Source: Tubiluchus corallicola
Lineage: Eukaryota; Animalia; Priapulida
Reading direction: 5' to 3'
Length of the DNA stretch: 64,000 nucleotides
NCBI GenBank assembly: GCA_030141605.1
Contig: JAQGDQ010000242.1
Span: 248,001 to 312,000, forward strand
In this document: positions 55,832 through 64,000 of the stretch, piece after piece
Layout: every line of letters starts with the position of its first letter
How positions within the stretch are numbered: position 1 is the first letter of the stretch
Translations under genes and position numbers: made by a program
Notes under the pieces: model-generated
Database searches by the model: none
Told to the model about the DNA's origin: nothing
Seen by the model: only the letters and a program-made list of their open reading frames with translations

Positions 55832-58800
55832 ATGGAAGGTAATGTTAACGTACCTGATGGTAATGCTCCGCCAGCAGTGGTACATACTTTCGATTTTCGA
55901 ACAGCATCTGTCGCACGGCCTGATATGCTGGATCTCAGCATTCATAGGGGAGAACATTTCCGTTTATGGAGAACCAAGTGGGATTCTTATTTTGAATTGT
56001 CGGGCCTAAGCACAGCTCAAAATCGAACGCAGTACAATGCCCTGATTGTAAATTGCAGTGATGACACGCTTAAGGTTATCCTTAACCTTGGACTTCCTGA
56101 TGCAGAAAAGCAAAATGTACCTCGCATATTACATGAAATAGAACGCTATGTTCGTGGTAAAATCAATGTTGTGGTTGAACGGCGTAACTTTCACCAACGC
56201 GTACAACGTGAAGGTGAAAATGTAGACGATTTCATCACTGACATCCGCGAGTTAGCAAAGTCCTGTGAATTTTGTGACACTTGCCTACCATCCTTGATCC
56301 GCGATCGCATTGTTGTGGGCATTCGTGACGAAGGTACTATTCGCAAATTATTGTCGCAAGACAACTTGTCACTGGAACACGCAGTAAGAATTTGCCGTGC
56401 TGATGAGGCAGCCAAACAACACTGTGAACAAATTAAGTCAGTGCCAATGATTAATAAAACTGCAGCAAGACCTAAAAGTCAGTATAAACGCTATAAATCT
56501 GTACAGCAAGGCGCACAAACTGCAAGCACTTCGCAGTGTGCCAAGGTTTGTGGCAACTGTGGTTCTTTGCACGCATCACGTGACCGTTGCCCAGCAAAGG
56601 GCAAGACATGTGGTAACTGCGGTAAGCTTAATCATTTTCAAGCTGTTTGTCGCAGCAAAACTAAAAAATCTTCATTTCAGCCTCGGAGAACTGAAGGCCA
56701 GCTCAGTGTAATTCAACTGACTGGATTATTTCAGGTGGCTGCGCAAGAAAATCCACCAACAGTAAAAGTTAAAGTGACATCATTGAATGGGAACATTCTA
56801 TACAACATGTTGCCTGACACTGGGGCTTCTGTTTGTGCTGGTGGTCTAGACTTTCTTTATGCATTGGGTGAAAATACCGCCAACATTGACAAACCAGTGC
56901 ATCAGCCAGTGGCAGTTGATGGTCACCATGTTACTGTTGTTGGCACACTTCCGTGCAAAATTATGCTGGAAGATAAATGGTTCGAGGACTCATTCCACAT
57001 TATACCACAAATGACAGGTGCAGTACTGTCGTGGAAAGCTACAAAAGCCTTGAATTTGGTACCGGCAAACTATCCTACACCGCTAGCAAATTCTACATCT
57101 GTTAATGTGATGCGCAGTCTGCAGCCACCGAAGTCCCCGATTCCGGCACCTCGAAAATCGGCATTGGCAAAAGCAACAGCTGAGGATCTTATGGAGCAAT
57201 TTCCGACAGTGTTTGATGGCGTCATACGCAAAATGCCAGGTGAAGAATTCCGCATCTCACTAACCGACGACGCCAAACCATTCGCTGTGAATGCGCCACG
57301 CCGCATCCCATTTGCTTACCGCGATAAACTCAAACGTGAACTTGACCGTTTGCAAGAACAGAACATTATTACTCCAGTAACGGAGCCTACTGAATGGTGC
57401 GCACCGATTGTAGTCGCTCCAAAAGAAGATAAAGAGTCTGTTCGTATCTGCTGTGATTTATCACATTTAAATAAATATGTGAAACATGAGCGCTACTGCT
57501 CCCAGACACCAGCCGAAGTGGTGACAGAAATCTCTGCACAAGATGCAAACTTTTTCACTGTCATCGACGCATTAAAAGGGTATCACCAATGCCCGCTCTC
57601 TGAAGAAAGCCAGCATCTGACTACATTTATTACACCGTTCGGTCGGTTTAAATATTTACGTGCTCCATATGGCATTTCTTCTATCTCAGAGCATTATAAT
57701 CGTCGCATGGATGAAGCTTTTCAAGGACTTAAAGGCTACAAGCGCGTTGTCGACGATTTTGTAATCTACGACAAGGACCAAGCAGAGCATGTCCAACACG
57801 TCAAACAATTTCTACAACGCTGTCAGGACCGCCAAATCGCGATAAACCGCGAGAAATTTCGATTCAGTCAAACAAAGGTAAAGTTTGCTGGTTTCATCTT
57901 ATCGAAAGATGGGTACGAAATAGATCCGAGCATGACAAAGTCTATTAGAGATTTTCCTATTCCCAAAAATGTAACTGACTTACGTTCATTTTTTGGTTTA
58001 GTCAACCAACTTGGATCATTCACCAACTGCATCGCTGATGTTCTTGCACCATTGCGACCTCTTCTTAGCAAAAAGAATGACCTTTTGTGGGATAAATCTC
58101 ATGACAAAGCTTTTGCTGAAAGCAGAAAACTGTTGTCAAATTCTCCAGTATTAAGCTATTATATGCCAGGTCAACCGCTACAGCTTCATACAGATGCTAG
58201 CAAGCTCAATGGTATAGGATATGTACTCAGGCAGTATTATCCAGATCGAACCTGGAGAGTTATTCAGGCTGGATCAAGATTTTTGACCGACACAGAAAGC
58301 CGTTATGCACCCATCGAACTAGAGATGCTTGCTGCTGTTTGGGCAATGTCAAAGTGCCGCCTGTTTTTAGAAGGTGCTCAAAAGTTCGAGTTGGTAGTTG
58401 ACCATAAACCACTCAAACCTATCCTGGATTCTCACCGTTTGGATGAGATCGACAATCCACGACTGCAACGTATGAAAATTAAAATTATGCCTTTTAATTT
58501 CCGCACTACCTGGTGTGCAGGAGAATTGCACAAGGCAGCAGATGCATTATCACGTTCGCCAGTCTCGGCACCTGATGAAACCGATCATGAGAATGACTTG
58601 GAAATGAATTCATTTTTGCACATTATTCGTAGTTTGTCATTGGATGAAAGCAATTTAGATATTCGCATTGAAAACCTCAAACGTGAATGTGCTACTGATC
58701 CAGAATATCAAGATCTGATACAATATGTACTAAATGGATTTCCAGAAAAACGTTCTGAGCTACCATTACAGTTGAGACCTTATTGGCCAGTTCATGACCG

Positions 58801-60013
58801 TATAGCCATGGATGATGGACTTCTCGTGGTAGGCTGCCGTTTAATCATACCACGCTCCATGCGTCGCACAATACTACATGAACTTCACGCTAGCCACCAA
58901 GGAAAGGAAAGAACTAAACAACGGGCCAGAATGGTAGTTTACTGGCCCAACATAGACAATGATGTGGAAAATGTGGTCCGTTCATGCCGTGAGTGCCAAG
59001 AAGAATTACCGTCTCATTGCAAAGAACCAATGGTCACTCATTTGAAACCCACATTTCCTTTTGAATACTTATCCGCTGATCTCGCCACTTATGCTGGTAA
59101 AGATTTTCTTATCGCTGTTGACCATCTTTCTGGATGGCCATTCGTGTATGAACTTAGTACACATGCAGATGCCAGTCGTGTTATAAGTGCAATGCGGAAG
59201 ATATTTTGCCAGACTGCTGTCCCAACTGTTCTGTGGACTGATGGAGGACCTCAATTTACTGCTGCTAAATTTCGCGATTTTCTCATTCGATGGGGGGTGA
59301 GACATCATACTAGTACTCCTCATTATCCTCAGTCCAACGGACGTGCTGAAGCAGCTGTGAAATCTTTAAAAAAGATTTTGAAGCGATGCTGGAATGCTAA
59401 AACACGTCATGTCGATGAAGATAAATGGACGGCAGCTATGTTACAATACCGCAATACACCCGCTGCTAATGGGAAGTCGCCTGCCCAAGTATTGTTTGGA
59501 CACAATGTTCAAGATGTGCTTCCGGCACATCGACGTGCCTTCGCACCAGAGTGGCAGCGCTCCTTCCAGCAAGCAGAAGCCAAATCTACCGAGCTGCAGG
59601 AGTCACTCGTTGAGCGATACAACCGTGATGCAAAGCCTCTCAGTACTTTAGATGTTGGTGCTCACGTACTCGTGCAAAACCATCAGACAAAGAGATGGGA
59701 CTTAAGAGGTGTTGTTGTTGAAATTGGTAGACACAGAAAGTACTACATCAAAATGGATTGCAGTGGACGAGTACTTACGCGTAATCGCTGTTTCATTCGC
59801 CGCAGGTATCCCGTCCTGCCTCCGGAACACAATGGAGTCATCGTAGAGGATCCGCCTCCACCTATGCATGATCGACCTATACTTGCGCCATCAAATAATT
59901 TACCAGATGATCGCATTCCACCCGTGCCAGATATTTGTGCCCCGCCAGTTCACCGCACGAGATCAGGACGACCAACACGTCCACCAACGAGATTCATTCA
60001 AGAGACATTTTGA
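55832..60013 (+). CDS. Gag-Pol polyprotein (1393 aa, single frame)
   Basis: Gag with two Cys/His knuckles (CGNCGSLHASRDRC, CGNCGKLNHFQAVC), protease LPDTGA, RT (DALKGYHQ..TPFGRFKYLRAPYG..VVDD), RNase H (TDAS..ELEM..VDHKPL), integrase HHCC and D-D-E (ADL, TDGGPQF, AEAAVK). The PR-RT-RH-IN order is Gypsy. Confidence 0.97.
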   Translation: MEGNVNVPDGNAPPAVVHTFDFRTASVARPDMLDLSIHRGEHFRLWRTKWDSYFELSGLSTAQNRTQYNALIVNCSDDTLKVILNLGLPDAEKQNVPRILHEIERYVRGKINVVVERRNFHQRVQREGENVDDFITDIRELAKSCEFCDTCLPSLIRDRIVVGIRDEGTIRKLLSQDNLSLEHAVRICRADEAAKQHCEQIKSVPMINKTAARPKSQYKRYKSVQQGAQTASTSQCAKVCGNCGSLHASRDRCPAKGKTCGNCGKLNHFQAVCRSKTKKSSFQPRRTEGQLSVIQLTGLFQVAAQENPPTVKVKVTSLNGNILYNMLPDTGASVCAGGLDFLYALGENTANIDKPVHQPVAVDGHHVTVVGTLPCKIMLEDKWFEDSFHIIPQMTGAVLSWKATKALNLVPANYPTPLANSTSVNVMRSLQPPKSPIPAPRKSALAKATAEDLMEQFPTVFDGVIRKMPGEEFRISLTDDAKPFAVNAPRRIPFAYRDKLKRELDRLQEQNIITPVTEPTEWCAPIVVAPKEDKESVRICCDLSHLNKYVKHERYCSQTPAEVVTEISAQDANFFTVIDALKGYHQCPLSEESQHLTTFITPFGRFKYLRAPYGISSISEHYNRRMDEAFQGLKGYKRVVDDFVIYDKDQAEHVQHVKQFLQRCQDRQIAINREKFRFSQTKVKFAGFILSKDGYEIDPSMTKSIRDFPIPKNVTDLRSFFGLVNQLGSFTNCIADVLAPLRPLLSKKNDLLWDKSHDKAFAESRKLLSNSPVLSYYMPGQPLQLHTDASKLNGIGYVLRQYYPDRTWRVIQAGSRFLTDTESRYAPIELEMLAAVWAMSKCRLFLEGAQKFELVVDHKPLKPILDSHRLDEIDNPRLQRMKIKIMPFNFRTTWCAGELHKAADALSRSPVSAPDETDHENDLEMNSFLHIIRSLSLDESNLDIRIENLKRECATDPEYQDLIQYVLNGFPEKRSELPLQLRPYWPVHDRIAMDDGLLVVGCRLIIPRSMRRTILHELHASHQGKERTKQRARMVVYWPNIDNDVENVVRSCRECQEELPSHCKEPMVTHLKPTFPFEYLSADLATYAGKDFLIAVDHLSGWPFVYELSTHADASRVISAMRKIFCQTAVPTVLWTDGGPQFTAAKFRDFLIRWGVRHHTSTPHYPQSNGRAEAAVKSLKKILKRCWNAKTRHVDEDKWTAAMLQYRNTPAANGKSPAQVLFGHNVQDVLPAHRRAFAPEWQRSFQQAEAKSTELQESLVERYNRDAKPLSTLDVGAHVLVQNHQTKRWDLRGVVVEIGRHRKYYIKMDCSGRVLTRNRCFIRRRYPVLPPEHNGVIVEDPPPPMHDRPILAPSNNLPDDRIPPVPDICAPPVHRTRSGRPTRPPTRFIQETF

Positions 60014-60108
60014 ATTTATGTTACATAACATACATGTTGCGTATTACCAGATTAATGTGTGGTGAAATTTGAATTCCTTAATTAGTTCTTAAGGACTTAA
60101 GGGGGAGA

Positions 60109-60303
60109 TGTGCGGGTTTTGTGTTAATAGTGCTGCTCGTGCGTAAGTAACAGCAGTGCGTTTTCTTGTGAAGAAATGATTACTGTATGTGCCATCTTGC
60201 GTTGCTTTCCATTGTGCAAGTATCTTATGTAATGTCATACATTTACTCATAATAATATTTCCAAGCAACCTAAATATGTGTTCTTGTCTTTGGGAATAAA
60301 ACA
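60109..60303 (+). repeat. 3' LTR (195 bp)
   Basis: Direct copy of 55589-55783, preceded by the polypurine tract. Confidence 0.95.
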
Positions 60304-60313
60304 ATAATAGTAA

Positions 60314-60359
<46 letters not shown>

Positions 60360-60372
60360 TGTAGTAGTAGTA

Positions 60373-60424
<52 letters not shown>

Positions 60425-60441
60425 TAGTAATAATAATAATG
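60304..60441. repeat. (AGT)n/(AAT)n compound microsatellite
   Basis: Trinucleotide runs; the AAT run continues on the left of the retrotransposon at 55571-55588. Confidence 0.95.
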
Positions 60442-60479
60442 ATACTAATAGATTAAAATGATCACAAAATAAAATTAGA

Positions 60480-60720
60480 AGGGGTCGCGTCGACAATATT
60501 TCAGAGTTTACTGCAAAGTCACAGGCGCAGTCGTGGAGAGTTCAGTGGCTGTTATAATGTTTTGCGCCATCTGTGTGTTCTATTGTAAAACAACAAATCA
60601 TAATGGCGGAAAATGTTTTTTGATGATGTGTAATAGTACTTTAGTAAACTCGCCGGTTTCGGAATGTGCAGTAAAATTCAAATAAAACGGCGTTACGAAT
60701 TGTAGCATGTTAGTTTTACC
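60480..60720 (+). promoter_or_regulatory. Putative USP34 promoter / 5' UTR
   Basis: Locally CpG-richer segment with GCGCCATCTG (60564) and a YY1-like AATGGCGG (60602), directly upstream of the ATG at 60721. Confidence 0.45.
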
Positions 60721-63700
60721 ATGTGCGACACGTGCTCCGAGTTGCTGGAAGTTTTGGACTTGTGTAAGCATTGATGCAATATTTTTCCTTTTTCTCTTGT
60801 GACCTACCTGTATTTGCGGTGATCTTACGTTGTATAATTAGTGAATTACATATATTTACTCAATTAATTTAGTACTTGCTTTATTTACTTGTTGTATCAT
60901 TGTGCACTGTACTCTACTATCTATGTAGGCATTGTCTGTGTGTCTAATCTTTTGACTTTACTGTCGTTGAATTACCTAACTTAATAATTGTAATGTAAAT
61001 TATCTGCAGCTGTAACCGTTTATTTATCGCACCGTCTAGCAGCCGAGATGTCTCGATTGTAAATAAAACTCGCAAATTAAAACTTTAATTCACATCTCAC
61101 GATGAATGAGAAGTCACTTGTTGGCTATTGCTGCATTAGTCAGTAGTCAGTTAATGGTGCTGAGATCCTGAAAAGGTAGGTGCTGGCTACTGCTGGCCTA
61201 TGGCAGGATATAAGCTCCCATGTATGCAGGCTTGTTAAATAAACTAGGTAAAGTTGTTGACGATAAATATTAAACATATAATTAATATAAATATTAAATA
61301 TTAAAATGCTAAAATAACCAAATAAATTAAATGTTAACATAAGCTATTTATTTTATTTATTTTAAACTATTTGATTTTTATTTATGCCCCCAGAAAAGCA
61401 AAACATTTCAATACTTTATGTTTAAAGGTTGCTTGTGTATTTTCTGGCTCATCTGTGAGTTTATATGCGAATAATGTAACTAGCTTTCTACAGATTAAAC
61501 ACCTTGGGTTTTCAATTGCTTTGGCAATTAGCAATGCCTATATCAAGTGAACTACTGCTCACTGCTCTGATAGTTTACGTATCTACAATACATTCCACTG
61601 CTATCGCTTGAAGTACTTCACATTTGGTTTTTTCAGCAGACAATCAAGTGCATGCTTATTTGTTGAATATCATTGATTCGGGTTATCAAAACACGAGTTC
61701 ACTTTGACAACATGCATATTGTAAAACAGTCTGATCAAGGGCTGGCTCATTATCAAGGTGGCCCTTTGAAAGGAGCCACTGAACTGGCGGATTTGTCTCA
61801 GCCATGTTTGATTGTTTGCACGTGTACAACTTTTGCATGCATTCTCCCCTTATGAAGTAAATGGTCAGGATCAGTATGGTAGAGAAAAAATATTGAGGTC
61901 AAATGCAGGCGGTCATGACTTATCAGCCATTTACACAAAGCATATGCTCAAGGCCACTTGGCCATGAACTCCGCCAAAATCTATGATGCTATAAGATACT
62001 TTATTTAATTGCTTTATTTTCAACAGTTATTTAATTAATGAAAAGTAGCTGTTCTGTGTTTCAGCTAGCTTAGTTTAGCTAGTAATGTATTTTAAGTCAC
62101 TCTGCTGCAATCATCATTTGGTCAAATCTCAGCCTTCTTTTTGGTGGATTATTCTAAAAAATGCTTAATCGGGAGTGTTTTAATGGCTGTTAATTTTCCA
62201 TATTGGTCTAATTTAGTTGTAGCGTAAAATCTACATCATATTCAATTGTTTTGGTAGATGAAACTCAGGAAGAAGACAGCAAAGATCTAAGCAAGGAACA
62301 CATCATCGTATTGTTAAACTTTATTCAGAATTGGTCTCAGCGGTAAGGAATGATTAAATATATCTGACTTTACGAACGCATCATATATATTCAGTAAATT
62401 ATAGTAACTTCTTATTAGCTGGCTAATTATGCTTTGTAAAATGTGTGCGATATTTTTATAGAAATCACTTGGGAAAGGTTTTGTATTTAAACTCAGATTT
62501 GCCTCAGATTAGTCTTTGGAACTGTTCAATTAATTAGTTATAAATTTCTTCATGCATTTATATGTAAGTGTTTTTACGATACTTTTCAAACATTCGTGCG
62601 TGTGATTGATTACTAAGCAATCAAGTGGAACAAAATATAGACTGTTAGTTTGTTAATTACAGGCAGTGTCTTTGCTGTTGTAAAGATGGCAAGACTGTAG
62701 AAAGTTTTCAAGGAGTCATACAGCATTTTCTGTCTATAGCTGTTAAGTTTATAGCAAGAATCGCCAATAGCCATGTTGACACGTCAGATGCAGAGCGGTC
62801 ACCTGAAAAGAAAGGTAATACATAAATAAACATGTGACAGCCAAACTTCTCTTGGTACATTTGAAAGTGAGGTCTGTTTAATGGGTGGCCGTATTTCACT
62901 GCAGAGTATTTCTAAAATCAGAAGACCAGTTGTTTTCTATGCCAGAGCCATTTGCAGTTTCTTTTGTGACCCGATCACTAGAAAGTGGCTTTCGCAAAAT
63001 TTATTTTTAAGTTTAGCTGCTCAGTTATTTTTCTTATTAAATTCTTTTAATAAATAAATAATTAAATTGGAGATTAGAGAGCTGTGTTAAACTGGCACTA
63101 TCATGCGTGATTTCTCTATTTCATTAAATTAACTCAAAAAAAGTTTGTTAACTGAAGTTACTAATTTAATAGTTGTCTAATCTAATATGTTTGAGATAAA
63201 CTGGTAATAATTTTCATTTACCACGTTTTACTGAAATGATATAAAAGCTTGTAAGTGAGAATGTGACTGTGCAGTGGCATACGAGTGCTGTAAAAATGAT
63301 AATCTTTTTAGCTGTTTGTAGGGGTCATATTTTTATTTTGCAATATCTGACTTACTTTGAATGGTTTGTTAAAAATAAGGAATGATAAGCTGTTCTTGGT
63401 AAAAGTGACAAAACATATAACAAATCATCCAAAATTGTATGTAAAAATACACATATTTTTATATAATTTCACTATTTTATAGTTACTCAACAGATGATTG
63501 ACTATACAGTTCACTTTACAAATGAGCTTTCAATTTCTTTTGCTGCAGATTGCGACAAATTTCTGTTTAATTTACAAGATGAAGCACCATTTAAGCTAAT
63601 ATAAAAGAAACAACACCAGCCTGAATTTCATTTTTTAATACTGTGATAGTATCGCATAAGTATAATTTCTTGGTCAACTATTTGGATTGTTTTTGTCTTC

Positions 63701-64000
63701 TTTGTAGGTTCTAGTGCTGCAGCTAAATCTGACCAAGAAACTCCAATTTCTGTAGAAGCTACACAAGTAGCAAAAACAAATAGTGAACAGGACAGCCATA
63801 AGCCAGCTCCTAGCGCTGTAGAGAAAGAAAAAACAGGTGAGAAGGAGGAGCAAGATGATGGCTCAGCAAAATCATCAGACACCATCAAATCATCGAAGCC
63901 GCTGGATTCTAACATCAGCAGTTCTGAGGATGGTGTTTCTGCGCTTGATGCCATTTGGTCACTGGAGGAGAAAGAACGTGTGTTTCACTGTGTATCTAAG
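60721..64000 (+). CDS. USP34: Ubiquitin carboxyl-terminal hydrolase 34, first four coding exons (continues beyond the window)
   Basis: Exons 60721-60763, 62258-62342, 62663-62814 and 63708-64000, phases consistent. MCDTCSELLEVL..LSKEHIIVLLNFIQNWSQRQCLCCCKD..IWSLEEKERVFHCVSK parallels human USP34 MCENCADLVEVL..RKEH..WTQRQCLCCFKE..LWSTDEKEKLLLCVAK. Confidence 0.9.

Larger units (their letters stand above)
55589..60303 (+). mobile_element. Full-length Ty3/Gypsy LTR retrotransposon (probably Mag-like), 4715 bp
   Basis: TG...CA LTRs at 55589-55783 and 60109-60303; ATAAT TSD at 55584-55588 and 60304-60308; PBS TGGCGCTGCGAGC at 55784; PPT AAGGGGGAGA at 60099-60108; intact gag-pol. Confidence 0.97.

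Noticed and set aside
57740-57770. RT catalytic motif VVDD instead of YxDD as a novelty
   Set aside because: Both catalytic Asp are retained, and aliphatic substitutions here are, as I recall, common in this invertebrate Gypsy group.
60089-60496. Poly-Leu ORF (and its partner 55566-55802)
   Set aside because: Antisense reading of the trinucleotide repeat and LTR.
63628-63954. 108-aa minus-strand ORF
   Set aside because: Antisense shadow of USP34 exon 4.

Overview
AT-rich, intron-rich animal (invertebrate-type) genomic DNA with one 50-N scaffold gap; it is not prokaryotic. Manual exon assembly (GT-AG sites, phase-compatible) gives: a terminal exon of an unidentified gene; an orphan multi-TM protein; a complete 5-exon, 297-aa minus-strand orphan with an MLKL/RPW8-like N-terminal helical bundle and no kinase or NACHT domain; NPC2 (4 exons); PLEKHD1 (13 exons, minus strand); and the 5' exons of USP34. 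The ~21-kb first intron of PLEKHD1 hosts two opposite-strand genes: an intronless bacterial-type crotonase with both a mitochondrial-type leader and a C-terminal SKL, and a Mu-class GST. An intact Ty3/Gypsy LTR retrotransposon (identical 195-bp LTRs, ATAAT TSD) sits ~420 bp upstream of the USP34 ATG. There are also RTE-LINE remnants, MITEs, a Helentron-type element and several mini/microsatellites. Family assignments rest on remembered motifs, not database searches.
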